Of a DNA stretch of 64,000 bases, positions 48,683-59,254 are shown one piece after another. The DNA comes from Parachlamydiales bacterium (GTDB lineage Bacteria > Chlamydiota > Chlamydiia > Chlamydiales > SM23-39): NCBI GenBank assembly GCA_050302075.1, contig JBNLAH010000001.1:100157-164156 (forward strand). Direction: 5' to 3'. The stretch's first letter is position 1. Every line of letters starts with the position of its first letter. Both the position numbers and the translations under genes were made by a program. Under the pieces are notes generated by a model. It was not told the origin of the DNA and searched no databases. It saw only the letters and a list, made by a program, of their open reading frames with translations.

Positions 48683-50329
48683 TTAAGAAAATGGATTAAG
48701 ACGGCTAAACCAACCACCAAACCAGCTACTATTTTCCTTTTCCTTTTCTTTTAGGCTAAAGGCTTTTTCTGTTCTTGGATTCCCAATCGTATCGCCAATC
48801 GCAGGTTGGTCTTCACTTAGTTGTACTAGGGCGTCATATAACTTGTCGTTAAATAAGTAAAAAGATTCTGCCATTTTTGAAAGTCTGATCTCTGGGATTC
48901 TTCGTACTTCTCTACCGTATGGTTTGATTTCGTATCCATCACCTTTTCGCTTTAACTTCCAGCCGTACGCTTCAAGCACAAGTTGAGCATTTTCTAAATA
49001 GCTTCTCATAAATTCATCATCATATGAGAGTTGTCTAACAGCTTGATCGTCTAGAGCATATAAATTTTTGAAAGAATCAGAAGGTGCTTTGATTGGAAAT
49101 GTCCACCAGTCAAAATGCATTTTTCTAATTTTTTCTTTATTTTTCTTGAAACACTCTAACTGAGCCATGTGGATTTTTTTGACTTCCACAGCCCCAACAA
49201 ATTTTTTTAGGTCTAATGATTTATGATAATACTTTAACCTTTCAAGTTCGCTCATTCCAGAACCAAACAAGTAATCTAGTACATACTTATCTTTTGCAGC
49301 ATCTTTTAAAGCTTCAACAATTTCTTTTCTTAAGTCAAAGGCGATACTATCTTTAGGTTTTGTATAGTCTAAAAAATCATGTAAACTTCTAAACTTTGTA
49401 TTTTCCATAGTTTTAATAAAGTTTAAGACGTGAATACCACAGTCAATCGCATTACTTTGATGAGTTATTCCTGCATCAGAGACAATAGCTTCATCAGCTC
49501 TGATACTGTCTCGAATATGTTCCGCTAACTGTATCGATTCTCTTTTTCCACCCATTGAGTCATAAATTATAACTTTTGGATTACCTAGTTGTCTGGTCAT
49601 TGCTAAACAGATCCAGTGACCACCTTGATAACCAGGATAACTTCCTACATGAAGCGGAACATAGATCGAATTAATATTTGGATCACTATTAAACGTGTCG
49701 ATTAAATGTTCTATTGGTTGTATATGCTTATCACCTTGGACGGTAATAGAGTCTGAAATAACGATTTTGTTATCATCTTTTTTGTTGTATTTTTTTGATA
49801 ATATTTTAGTAAATGCGTTAATTGAATCTGCGGTAACTTGAGCTTTAGGATCTTCAACACTGCTTATTATACCTCTCATTATTGCTGAATAAATATCTTC
49901 ATCTCTGTCAACTCTTCTATTATCCGAGGGCTTTTCTGTACCATTTGATTTCTCAGCTTCCTTAATAGGAGATGGTTTGATCTTTTCAGGTTTTTCAGTT
50001 AATTTTTCTAGGCTGTCAATAGTTGCTTGTTTAATTTTAACTATTTGATTTGCACTTGAGCCATTAAAAAGGTCGCTTTTGTGATCGAAAGCATAAAATG
50101 TATGGTTGTGATAATTAAAATCAAAAGCCTCAATCTTGTTAATATCAATTGTGCTGTTTGAAAGAGCTTCGTCTATAATTACTTTGATCCTTTCCTTGGA
50201 AAGGGCTAACTCTTCCTTAGACATATCTGCAGTTTTGCCATCTAATGTCTTAGAAATCTGAAAATAATTACCTTTGTACTCTATAAAATTTGATGGTAAA
50301 TTAGCTATTTCAGCTTTTATTGTTGTCAT
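48683..50329 (-). CDS. CE-clan (Ulp1/C48-like) cysteine protease fused to an OGFr-like domain; candidate effector
   Basis: GGHWICL, IYDSMG and HQSNAIDCG, followed by HFDWWTFP..LEAYGW..IRLSKMAESF. Confidence 0.75.
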   Translation of the reverse strand: MTTIKAEIANLPSNFIEYKGNYFQISKTLDGKTADMSKEELALSKERIKVIIDEALSNSTIDINKIEAFDFNYHNHTFYAFDHKSDLFNGSSANQIVKIKQATIDSLEKLTEKPEKIKPSPIKEAEKSNGTEKPSDNRRVDRDEDIYSAIMRGIISSVEDPKAQVTADSINAFTKILSKKYNKKDDNKIVISDSITVQGDKHIQPIEHLIDTFNSDPNINSIYVPLHVGSYPGYQGGHWICLAMTRQLGNPKVIIYDSMGGKRESIQLAEHIRDSIRADEAIVSDAGITHQSNAIDCGIHVLNFIKTMENTKFRSLHDFLDYTKPKDSIAFDLRKEIVEALKDAAKDKYVLDYLFGSGMSELERLKYYHKSLDLKKFVGAVEVKKIHMAQLECFKKNKEKIRKMHFDWWTFPIKAPSDSFKNLYALDDQAVRQLSYDDEFMRSYLENAQLVLEAYGWKLKRKGDGYEIKPYGREVRRIPEIRLSKMAESFYLFNDKLYDALVQLSEDQPAIGDTIGNPRTEKAFSLKEKEKENSSWFGGWFSRLNPFS

Positions 50330-50359
50330 AATTAGTCAAAATTTATCATTGTTATAATT

Positions 50360-50388
50360 ATTTTATCAAAAAAAACTTTGATTGTCAA
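50360..50388 (-). promoter_or_regulatory. Near-consensus sigma70/66 promoter of the protease-OGFr gene
   Basis: TTGACA-17 nt-TAAAAT. Confidence 0.7.
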
Positions 50389-50406
50389 TGGAAAATTAGC
50401 TATAAG
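50378..50406 (+). promoter_or_regulatory. Probable promoter of the murF/dcw operon
   Basis: TTGATT-17 nt-TATAAG, 6 nt before the murF ATG. Confidence 0.5.
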
Positions 50407-50412
50407 TACCCT

Positions 50413-51714
50413 ATGAAAAACGATGAATTACTAAAAAAGTATAAAATTAGTCCAAGGTTATTATCTCAAGTAACTAATTTTCAGATAGATAGCAGGTTAG
50501 TTAACAGAGAGTCTGTTTTTTTTGCCCTTAAGGGGAAAAAATGCTCTGGTGAGGAGTTTTTAAGGCAAGTGGCTGATAGCAAGGCTATTATAGCTTTTAC
50601 CTCTAAAAATTATAAAAAAGAAGGCCTAAGCTTAAAAGTGATTAAAGTTGATGACCCTTTTGTAGTTTTGCAGAATTTAGCTAAAGACAAGCTTGAGCAA
50701 TTCAAAGGGAAAGTTGTAGGCATTACAGGAAGCGTAGGAAAAACCACTACCAAGGATTTTGTTGCACAATTGCTTGAAGGGGATTTTAAGGTAAAAAAAA
50801 CTATAGGGAATGCAAACTCTCAAATAGGGCTTCCCTTGACGATTTTGAACTCTAACTTGGATTGCGATATCCAAATTTTAGAGATGGGCATGAGCGAAAA
50901 AGGACACATTCAAAGACTTACAGAAATTGCAAGACCAGACATTGCTTTAATTACAAAAGTAGGATATGCACACGCAGAGAATTTTGATAGCTTAGAAAAT
51001 ATTGTTGAGGCAAAGGCAGAAATTTTAGAAGGGGATGCTAAAATAAAGATTGTTGATTATGAGCTAATTCAATATTCGTGCATACATAAGCACAACCCAA
51101 TTACTTTTTCAATAACTGACAAAAAAGCAGATTATTTTCTTGATATAGCTACAGGAGAGCTTCACGAGAGATGTGAGAAAGTAACAAGATTTTCTTTACC
51201 TTTTCAAGAGCCATCTTTTTTACATGACTTGTTGGGGAGCATTGCAATTGCAAAAGAGCTAGGGGTAGGTTATGAAAATATCCAACAGAAGATGTCTGAA
51301 CTAAAATTACCTTTAATGCGCTTCGAAAAATTCAAAAAAAATGACATTTTATTTATTAATGATTCATACAACTCTACTCCATCTGCGCTTCTGGCAGCTA
51401 TTGAGAATCTAAGCATGTCCAAAAAAAGAAAAATCGCTGTTTTAGGTCCAATGCTAGAGCTTGGAAAATATAGCGAAGCAAAGCATTTTGAAATTGGTAA
51501 GATAGCTGCAAAAAAAATTGATATATTATTTACAATTGGAGAAGAGTGTGAAAAAATGCACCAAGCTTTTTTAGAAGAAAAGTCATCAACATACCATTTC
51601 TCTGATTTGAATTTACTAGCTTTAGATTTAAAGAAAACTTTGGAAAAAGATGACGTTGTGTTAGTTAAGGGATCTCGTTCAATCGAGCTAGAAAAACTAT
51701 TCGAATTAATCTAA
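50413..51714 (+). CDS. murF: UDP-MurNAc-tripeptide--D-Ala-D-Ala ligase
   Basis: IDSR, GITGSVGKTTTK, LEMGMS, NDSYN, MLELG and VKGSR motifs. Confidence 0.96.
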   Translation: MKNDELLKKYKISPRLLSQVTNFQIDSRLVNRESVFFALKGKKCSGEEFLRQVADSKAIIAFTSKNYKKEGLSLKVIKVDDPFVVLQNLAKDKLEQFKGKVVGITGSVGKTTTKDFVAQLLEGDFKVKKTIGNANSQIGLPLTILNSNLDCDIQILEMGMSEKGHIQRLTEIARPDIALITKVGYAHAENFDSLENIVEAKAEILEGDAKIKIVDYELIQYSCIHKHNPITFSITDKKADYFLDIATGELHERCEKVTRFSLPFQEPSFLHDLLGSIAIAKELGVGYENIQQKMSELKLPLMRFEKFKKNDILFINDSYNSTPSALLAAIENLSMSKKRKIAVLGPMLELGKYSEAKHFEIGKIAAKKIDILFTIGEECEKMHQAFLEEKSSTYHFSDLNLLALDLKKTLEKDDVVLVKGSRSIELEKLFELI

Positions 51715-51757
51715 GATTTTCAGCTATGATGATCTTGTAAATTTCCGTAGCTAAAAA

Positions 51758-52951
51758 ATGTTGTTAATTTTAATTCACTGGTTAAAAACGATTGGAGTTC
51801 ACACTCCAGCGGTTTTTAGTTATTGCTCTACTCGAATGATTCTAGCAGCATTGACCTGCTTAACTATAACAATTTGCTTTGGCCCTAAATTCATAAAGAA
51901 GCTGTACTCATTGAAAATTGGTCAATCAGTTCGAACTAAAGAAGAGTGCCCATATCTGGCTAAGTTGCATTTTGATAAAAAAGACACCCCTACAATGGGG
52001 GGTATTCTTATTTTATTCTCAATGCTGTTTTCGTTAATTTTATGGATGGACCTTTCAAGTATTTTCACTTGGATTTTTATCTTTACTACTATCACATTGG
52101 GCTTGATTGGAGCTATTGACGATTATCTAAAATTAAAACATAAAAATTCTGTGGGATTAAAGGCGAAAAGAAAATTTTTTTTTCAGTTAATGTTTTCGTT
52201 AATTATTGCACTTTATCTTAACTCATCTTTTATTCAGGAGTTTGTAGAGAGAAGGACTTCGATAAAACCACCTGTTGCAAAAGAATATATTCATAATCAA
52301 GATACTTTAAGCGCTAAGCAAATGTATTCCAGAATTTATTTCCCTTTTTTTAAAGACCCTATTTTTTCACTGAAGGGTTTTTTTATTGTATTTTCAGTGT
52401 TAATTGTAATGTTTGTAATTATTGGGTCATCAAATGCAGTAAATTTGACAGATGGACTAGATGGGCTTGCTGCTGGATGTTTGATTATGGTATCCTTTTC
52501 TTTAGCTTTATTCGCTTTTTTATCAAACCATGTGGACTTATCAAGATACTTGAATATTTTATATATAGAAGGCAGCTCGGAAATTGCCATATATCTTGTT
52601 GCTCTGTCAGGTGCTTGCTTAGGTTTTTTATGGTATAATGGACATCCAGCCCAGGTATTTATGGGCGATACTGGTTCAATCAGCTTAGGTGGGATTATTG
52701 GTGTTGCCTCTATTTTAATTAGACGAGAGTTCTTGCTCGCAATAGTTGGCATGATCTTTGTAGTTGAGGCAATTTCTGTGATTGTACAAGTATTAAGTTA
52801 TAAAATTAGAAAGAAGCGAATTTTTTTATGTGCTCCACTTCATCACCACTTTGAATACAAAGGGTGGCCAGAGACAAAAGTTGTCCTTCGTTTTTGGATT
52901 GTTGGGCTATTTTGGGCAATTATTGGGATTGCCTCATTGAAATTTCAGTAA
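51758..52951 (+). CDS. mraY: Phospho-N-acetylmuramoyl-pentapeptide transferase
   Basis: TPTMGG, NAVNLTDGLDGLA, FMGDTGS and APLHHHFE motifs. Confidence 0.98.
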   Translation: MLLILIHWLKTIGVHTPAVFSYCSTRMILAALTCLTITICFGPKFIKKLYSLKIGQSVRTKEECPYLAKLHFDKKDTPTMGGILILFSMLFSLILWMDLSSIFTWIFIFTTITLGLIGAIDDYLKLKHKNSVGLKAKRKFFFQLMFSLIIALYLNSSFIQEFVERRTSIKPPVAKEYIHNQDTLSAKQMYSRIYFPFFKDPIFSLKGFFIVFSVLIVMFVIIGSSNAVNLTDGLDGLAAGCLIMVSFSLALFAFLSNHVDLSRYLNILYIEGSSEIAIYLVALSGACLGFLWYNGHPAQVFMGDTGSISLGGIIGVASILIRREFLLAIVGMIFVVEAISVIVQVLSYKIRKKRIFLCAPLHHHFEYKGWPETKVVLRFWIVGLFWAIIGIASLKFQ

Positions 52952-52956
52952 TTATT

Positions 52957-54186
52957 ATGTCATATTTAGTAATTGGATTAGGAAAAAGCGGCATATCAGC
53001 TGCAAAATATCTTCAAAAGAATCATAGGAGCATCGCTTTATTTGATGACAACAGCAGAAAATATTATTCGCCTGATATACTAACTCTCATAGATAATGGT
53101 GCTGAAATTTTTAATGAGCATAAAAGCTTTTCAAAAATAAAAAAGGCTGTTATTTCTCCGGGTATTCCGACTGATCATTTTATGATACGTAAATTAAAAT
53201 CGCTTAAAATTCCTGTGATATCAGAAATCGAGCTGGGTCTTTCTCATTTGAAAAATAAGATGATAGCAATCACTGGAACTAACGGTAAATCAACAGTATG
53301 TTCAATGATTGTACATGTATTAAATTTCTTAAATATCCCAAGCGTATGTGTTGGTAATATTGGATATCCGATTACCAGTTATCTATTTGATCAAAGTGAT
53401 GATAAGGTATTAATTATTGAGGTCAGCTCCTTTCAGCTAGAAAGCATTATTGGAAAATATTTTGATATAGGTTTAATTTTAAATATTTATCCTCATCATT
53501 TAGATAGGCATGATTGTTTTGACTCATACGCTAGCACTAAAATTTCACTTCAATTGAAGTCCCAGAAAATATATGTCTCAAAAGCTGTTTCTGAACAATT
53601 TAATGACCAATTAAATAAGCATTTTATTTATGATGAAAAGATCTTAGAAAGTGAAGGCTATTTAGGGCAAAACTTAAGTGCAGCTTACGCGATCTGCAAA
53701 GAATTTAATATCAATGAGTTGGACTTTTTAAATGCGATAAAATCTTTTAAAGGTTTAGCTCATCGCCTAGAAGAAATTGGGACAATAAACCAAGTAAGAT
53801 ATTTCAATGACAGCAAGGCCACAAATCCAAGTGCTGTCATTCAAGCTGTTGAAAGATTTTCCAATAACGTTATATTAATTACAGGAGGATATGATTGTGC
53901 TAACAGCTTCAATATTTGGCGCAAAGTATTCCCTGAAAGGGTAAAAAAGATTATTACGATGGGTCAGTGTAAACAAAAAATATTCGATGCTATTTCTGAT
54001 CTGATTGAAGTGATAGAAGTAGATAATCTTTCTATTGGATTTGAAAAAGCTTACCAGATTGCTAGTGCAAATGATGTTGTTTTATTTTCACCAGGCGCTC
54101 CTAGCTATGATCTGTTCAATAATTTTGAAGAAAGAGGAGATGCATTTAAATTGCTTGTAATGGCTCAAAAAGAGAGGGAACAATGA
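52957..54186 (+). CDS. murD: UDP-MurNAc-L-Ala--D-Glu ligase
   Basis: GLGKSG, SPGIP, TGTNGKST, EVSSFQL, HLDRH and NDSKATN; start placed at MSYLV. Confidence 0.96.
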   Translation: MSYLVIGLGKSGISAAKYLQKNHRSIALFDDNSRKYYSPDILTLIDNGAEIFNEHKSFSKIKKAVISPGIPTDHFMIRKLKSLKIPVISEIELGLSHLKNKMIAITGTNGKSTVCSMIVHVLNFLNIPSVCVGNIGYPITSYLFDQSDDKVLIIEVSSFQLESIIGKYFDIGLILNIYPHHLDRHDCFDSYASTKISLQLKSQKIYVSKAVSEQFNDQLNKHFIYDEKILESEGYLGQNLSAAYAICKEFNINELDFLNAIKSFKGLAHRLEEIGTINQVRYFNDSKATNPSAVIQAVERFSNNVILITGGYDCANSFNIWRKVFPERVKKIITMGQCKQKIFDAISDLIEVIEVDNLSIGFEKAYQIASANDVVLFSPGAPSYDLFNNFEERGDAFKLLVMAQKEREQ

Positions 54187-54812
54187 GTCGAAAAAATACG
54201 ATTTTAATCGCTGTGATAATTAATTTAAGCCTTTTAACCGCTTTATTTTTTACAGCAACCAAACAAAAAGAGAAAACTCTTCCAGTTGATCCAACCGGTT
54301 TTTTAGTTGAAAACGAAATGGCTGAAACTGCAATAACTCAAGAGAATGAGCCGCAAATTGAGACTAGAAAAGAGCCACAAATTGTGCACGTTTTACCTGA
54401 TATTGAAGAGCAGACAGCCAAAGAAATTGAAGAAGAAATGCCTAAAGAAGAAACTCATGTTGTAACTAGCAGTAAATTACAAGAGATCATAGTGAAAAAA
54501 GGCGATAGTTTAGATAAAATAGCAAAGGCATACGGGGTCTCAGTTGATGACATTGTTGATGAAAACCAGTTGAAGACGACTATAATTAGAATAGGGCAGA
54601 CTCTTAAGATTCCTTCGGTTGGAAAAACTTCTACAAGAAAAGTTAAAACCCCAGTTGTCGGTGGAGAATATTATACAGTTAAACCAGGGGACAACCCTTG
54701 GACAATTGCTATGAAACATAACATAAAAGTAGAAGATCTTTTAAAAATGAACAATCTAAACAAAGAAAAAGCCAAAAAACTAAGACCTGGCGACAAATTA
54801 AGGATTAGATGA
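54183..54812 (+). CDS. Membrane-anchored protein with two LysM domains (chlamydial NlpD-like)
   Basis: N-terminal TM helix; VKKGDSLDKIA and VKPGDNPWTIA LysM repeats. Confidence 0.9.
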   Translation: MSRKNTILIAVIINLSLLTALFFTATKQKEKTLPVDPTGFLVENEMAETAITQENEPQIETRKEPQIVHVLPDIEEQTAKEIEEEMPKEETHVVTSSKLQEIIVKKGDSLDKIAKAYGVSVDDIVDENQLKTTIIRIGQTLKIPSVGKTSTRKVKTPVVGGEYYTVKPGDNPWTIAMKHNIKVEDLLKMNNLNKEKAKKLRPGDKLRIR

Positions 54813-55906
54813 GAAAAAGTGCGATTTGGCTTAGTGTTAGCATTGCTGTTTTACTTTCTTTAGGCCTTCTAATGGTCTATAACACAACATCCGCAGAGAT
54901 TTTAGATAGGTCACTGGAGGCTGATACTAATAGCGTTTTTTTTAAGCAGTTATTTTTTGCTTTTGCCGGTGTTTTACTTAGTGTTTTAATGTATTTTTTT
55001 GGGTATCAAAAAGCAATTAGGTTTTCCCCTCAGATACTTTTTTTTATTACAGTCTTACTAGCTTTAGTTTATGTTCCTAAAGTAGGTCTAGAACTTAATG
55101 GAGCTAAAAGATGGCTAAATATTTTGGGCTTTTCGTTTCAACCATCAGAGATTGCTAAGTATTTCATTCCATTTTTTTTTATCAATTGGATTGTAAATAA
55201 AAATGATATTAACTTGAAAAGCTTTATAAAAGTTTTGTGCATCCTATCAGTTCCTATAATATTGATATTTTTAGAACCAGACAACGGAACATGCGCTATT
55301 ATTTTGTTTACTCTTGTAATTATTTTCTTTTTAACAAAAGTTAATTTTAAGTACTGGGCTATTCCACTGATTTGTGCCGTAACTTTAGCATCTACTTTGG
55401 CCTATAATATGCCACACGTGAGATCACGTATTGAAGTATATTTAAATCCTGAAAAGGATTTAAGAGGTAAAGGCCATCAACCCTTTCAAGCAAAGATAGC
55501 AGCCGGCTCTGGACAATTATTTGGGAAGGGACTAGGGGCTTCTTTTCAAAAACTTAATTATTTACCTGAAGCTAGAAGTGATTACATAGCTGCGATATAT
55601 GCTGAAGAACTTGGCTTCATAGGAGTGGTGTTTTTAGTTTTAACTTACTCTTCAGTTGCTGCATTTGGGTTTTATTTAGCAATGAAGTCTAAGGATAAGC
55701 TTGGATTTTATGCAGCGAGCTGCGTTACTTTTTTAATCACTTTTCAAGCTTTTTTAAATTTAGGGGTTGTATCAGGATTATTGCCCAGCAAAGGGACGAC
55801 ACTACCTTTCTTTTCACAAGGTGGAAGTTCCCTTATGGTAAATTTGTTGGCAATAGGAATTTTATTAAGCGTAGCAAGATCAGAAAAAGTGTATGAAAAG
55901 TCATAA
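54809..55906 (+). CDS. ftsW: SEDS family peptidoglycan polymerase FtsW
   Basis: GAKRW, QPSE, EPD.G, LPEARSD, EELG and LPF.S.GGSS motifs. Confidence 0.95.
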   Translation: MRKSAIWLSVSIAVLLSLGLLMVYNTTSAEILDRSLEADTNSVFFKQLFFAFAGVLLSVLMYFFGYQKAIRFSPQILFFITVLLALVYVPKVGLELNGAKRWLNILGFSFQPSEIAKYFIPFFFINWIVNKNDINLKSFIKVLCILSVPIILIFLEPDNGTCAIILFTLVIIFFLTKVNFKYWAIPLICAVTLASTLAYNMPHVRSRIEVYLNPEKDLRGKGHQPFQAKIAAGSGQLFGKGLGASFQKLNYLPEARSDYIAAIYAEELGFIGVVFLVLTYSSVAAFGFYLAMKSKDKLGFYAASCVTFLITFQAFLNLGVVSGLLPSKGTTLPFFSQGGSSLMVNLLAIGILLSVARSEKVYEKS

Positions 55907-56990
55907 AGTTATAATTGCCACAGGTGGGACTGGAGGTCATTTATTTCCGGCAAAACACCTTGCAAAGCAACTTAAGGAAAAAAATATAGATGTTGCTTTT
56001 GCAGGAAGTAAAAGCAAGTTCTCTAAGTTTGAGGGCGAGGTATTTTTCTCAATAAGTACATCTAATATTAGAAAAAAAAACCTCATAAAGCCCTTGTTTA
56101 AGATCTTTCTAGGGACTATTCAAAGCGTTAAGTTAATTAAAAAATTCAAACCTAAGGTAATAATAGGCTTTGGGAGCTTCCATTGTTTTCCCATACTGTT
56201 TGCAGCCAAGTTATTAAGAATTCCATATGTAATTTATGAACCAAATGCAGTCTGTGGAATGGTAAACAGGATTTTTAGTAAGAAAGCTTTTGCTTTGGCC
56301 GTTCAATTTGAGGAAATTTCAAGGCATAAAAGTCATAATATAATAAAAACAAACTTTTTACCATGGAAGAAAATAGAAGAGACTTCCAAAGAAGCTGTCT
56401 TATCCAGGCTATGTTTAGATTGTAATCGATTTACCTTATTGATTTCTGGGGGATCTCAAGGAGCCTTGTTCTTAAATGATCTTATTTTAAAGGCAGCTGA
56501 AAAGTTAAAAGATAAAAACATTCAGATAATACACATAACAGGAAATGAGAAGACGACTAGCATTGCAAAAAGAAAATACACAGAGTTAAATATTGGATCT
56601 TATGTTACAACCTTTGTAGATGACGTTCCTTTTTATTGCTTAGGCGCAAGTCTTGCAATATGTAGGTCAGGGGCTGGAACTATTGGAGACTTAATCCAGA
56701 CTTTTACTCCATCTATCTTAATTCCATACCCTTATGCAACTGACGAACATCAGTACGTGAATGCAAAAATTATGCAAGAAAAGACCAAAGGGGCTAAGGT
56801 GTTTGTTCAAAAAGACTTGACAGAGGAAAAACTCATTCAAGCAATAGAAGATTTTATGCATAATGATTGCCAAAAGTTGCATAACATGAAAGAGAAAATA
56901 AAAGAATTCTATTTCAGTGAAAATAAAAGGCGAGTCTTTTTGTCAACGATCGTTGAGGATATATGCTTAAGGAAAAATACCACATATTAG
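55893..56990 (+). CDS. murG: MurG glycosyltransferase
   Basis: GGTGGHLFP, GGSQGA, RSGAGT and HQ..NA motifs. Confidence 0.96.
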   Translation: MKSHKVIIATGGTGGHLFPAKHLAKQLKEKNIDVAFAGSKSKFSKFEGEVFFSISTSNIRKKNLIKPLFKIFLGTIQSVKLIKKFKPKVIIGFGSFHCFPILFAAKLLRIPYVIYEPNAVCGMVNRIFSKKAFALAVQFEEISRHKSHNIIKTNFLPWKKIEETSKEAVLSRLCLDCNRFTLLISGGSQGALFLNDLILKAAEKLKDKNIQIIHITGNEKTTSIAKRKYTELNIGSYVTTFVDDVPFYCLGASLAICRSGAGTIGDLIQTFTPSILIPYPYATDEHQYVNAKIMQEKTKGAKVFVQKDLTEEKLIQAIEDFMHNDCQKLHNMKEKIKEFYFSENKRRVFLSTIVEDICLRKNTTY

Positions 56991-59254
56991 CACTTGGGGG
57001 AATAGGTATGAGTGCAGTTGCCAGGCTTTTAAGCCAGCAAGGTCATGATGTCTCTGGCTACGATGATTCCCTGAGCGACTTGACAGCTCGCTTGCAAGAT
57101 GAGGGAGTAGCATTAATAAGCAATCTTCCAGATAAAACAAAATACCTAGTTTATAGCAGTGCTATACCGGACGATAGCCCAGTAATATTAAAAGCTAAAA
57201 AACAGAAAATTGAAGTTTTACACCGCAGTGATGTCTTATCAAAACTAATGCATGGTAAAGAAACTATCTTAGTCTCTGGCACACACGGAAAAACAACAGT
57301 TAGTTCACTTTTATCTCATGCGCTTGAATATGCTAAGCTGGATCCTTGTTTTGCTGTTGGGGGGATCTTAAACAACTATAATACAAATGCAAAATGGGGA
57401 TCTGGAGATTTTTTTGTTTCAGAGGCAGACGAAAGCGATGGTTCTTTTCTAAAACATCCCAGTAAATATGCAATAGTCACAAATATAGATAATGATCATT
57501 TAGACTATTGGAAAACGAGTGAAAACCTTTATAAAGCATTCAAAAAATTTTCAACAAAAGCAGATAAATTGATTTGGTGTTTTGATGATACACTTTTGCG
57601 TAGGATGTCTTTAAATGGAATTAGCTATGGTTTTTCAGAAAAAGCTAATGTAAGAATATCTGATTATAAAACCGTGAAAGACGGATCTGTATTTTCAGTT
57701 AGGTATTTAAATAATTGCTATGAAGACATTTTTATTCCTCTTTTTGGAAAGCACCAAGTTTTAAATGCCACGGCTGTCCTAACTTTCTTCTTAACGAGGC
57801 AATTGAGTGTTGAATGTTTATTTAAATCTTTTGTGGGATTTAAAGGGATCAAAAGACGTCAAGAGCTTATTGGAGCTCATAATAATGTTGAGCTATACAC
57901 CGACTATGCACACCACCCAACTGAGATAAAAGCTATATTGGAATCTTTCCGAAATAAAATAGAAGAAAGAAAGCTGCTGGTAGTTTTTCAACCTCATCGC
58001 TATAGCAGGGTTAGTGCTTTGATGGATGAATTTAAGGGCTGTTTTGAAATTGCAGACAGTTTGTATATTACAGAAATTTATTCAGCTGGAGAAAAGGCGC
58101 AGACAGTCTGTGAGGAGGATTTTTTTTACTCAATTGAGCATGATAGAAAACATAAACTTTGTGCAGAAAATTTTCAGGAAAAACTGCTAAATGATATTAA
58201 AATGCATGATTGCGTTTTGTTTTTAGGAGCTGGTGATATCAATCAAAAAGCATTGCATTTCTTTGGTAAATTTAAAAATACTTACCATAAACTAAAAGTC
58301 GGAATTTTATATGGCGGGGTGGCATCTGAACATGAAATTTCATTAAAATCTGCTCAGTTTTTTTTCGATAACATTGATCATAAGAGCTATGATATTCAGC
58401 CTTGTTTTATTGAAAAAAATTTTGAAATAGATCAAAAGTTAATCTCCAAAATTTTGTCATGTGATGTCTGCATTCCTGTCTTACATGGAAAAAAGGGCGA
58501 AGATGGATTAATTCAGGCAGTCTTTGAAGCTTTGCAAATACCATATGTAGGGTGTGATTACTACGCTAGTAGTGTCTGTATGAATAAGGCTTGGACTAAA
58601 GCGATCTGTGAAAATGCTAACGTGCCTACTGCTAAGTTCTTACATATAGCTTATCGAGACTGGAAGCTAGATAAGAATAAAGTAATTGATGATATAAAAA
58701 AAATATTCAAAGCTCCTTTTTATATTAAAGGCTGTCATATGGGATCTACTATTGGAATGCTAAAGTGTGAGAGCTTTTCAAGTCTTGAAAAAGATATAAA
58801 TAAAGTGTTCTCCTTTGATAACGAATTAATAGTAGAAGTAGAAATTATCGGTAAGCAAGTTGAATTTGCTCTTTGGGGTAATGATTTTATTCATATAGGA
58901 AATTGTGCCGCTGAGATTGCACTAGAGGGTATGTACACCTATGAAAAAAAATATGATAAAAAATATGAGAACTGTCTTGCCAAAATACCTGCTGAAATTA
59001 ATTCAAAGCTTTTAGATCAAGGTAAGAGGTTAGCTATTAAAGCGTACAAAGCATGTAGTTGTAGGGGGCTTGCTAGGATTGATTTCTTTTTAGACCAAAA
59101 TAATCAGTTCATTTTAAATGAAATTAATCCATTCCCCGGATTTACAAAAACAAGCCACTTTTACCAGATGTTAAAACAACAAGGAATTTCAGCTAGTGAA
59201 CTTATAAATCAGTTAATCATTTTAGCTTTCCATGCAAAGAGATCATATGTCTGA
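56963..59254 (+). CDS. murC: Fused MurC / D-Ala--D-Ala ligase
   Basis: GGIGMS, GTHGKTT, EADESD and DYAHHP, then GG.ASEHEIS, LHG..GEDG, RIDFF and NEINP.PG. Confidence 0.95.
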   Translation: MLKEKYHILALGGIGMSAVARLLSQQGHDVSGYDDSLSDLTARLQDEGVALISNLPDKTKYLVYSSAIPDDSPVILKAKKQKIEVLHRSDVLSKLMHGKETILVSGTHGKTTVSSLLSHALEYAKLDPCFAVGGILNNYNTNAKWGSGDFFVSEADESDGSFLKHPSKYAIVTNIDNDHLDYWKTSENLYKAFKKFSTKADKLIWCFDDTLLRRMSLNGISYGFSEKANVRISDYKTVKDGSVFSVRYLNNCYEDIFIPLFGKHQVLNATAVLTFFLTRQLSVECLFKSFVGFKGIKRRQELIGAHNNVELYTDYAHHPTEIKAILESFRNKIEERKLLVVFQPHRYSRVSALMDEFKGCFEIADSLYITEIYSAGEKAQTVCEEDFFYSIEHDRKHKLCAENFQEKLLNDIKMHDCVLFLGAGDINQKALHFFGKFKNTYHKLKVGILYGGVASEHEISLKSAQFFFDNIDHKSYDIQPCFIEKNFEIDQKLISKILSCDVCIPVLHGKKGEDGLIQAVFEALQIPYVGCDYYASSVCMNKAWTKAICENANVPTAKFLHIAYRDWKLDKNKVIDDIKKIFKAPFYIKGCHMGSTIGMLKCESFSSLEKDINKVFSFDNELIVEVEIIGKQVEFALWGNDFIHIGNCAAEIALEGMYTYEKKYDKKYENCLAKIPAEINSKLLDQGKRLAIKAYKACSCRGLARIDFFLDQNNQFILNEINPFPGFTKTSHFYQMLKQQGISASELINQLIILAFHAKRSYV

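Noticed and set aside
45303..50329. Integrative element at tRNA-Cys (or tRNA-His)
   Set aside because: No integrase or transposase and no duplicated tRNA 3' end seen
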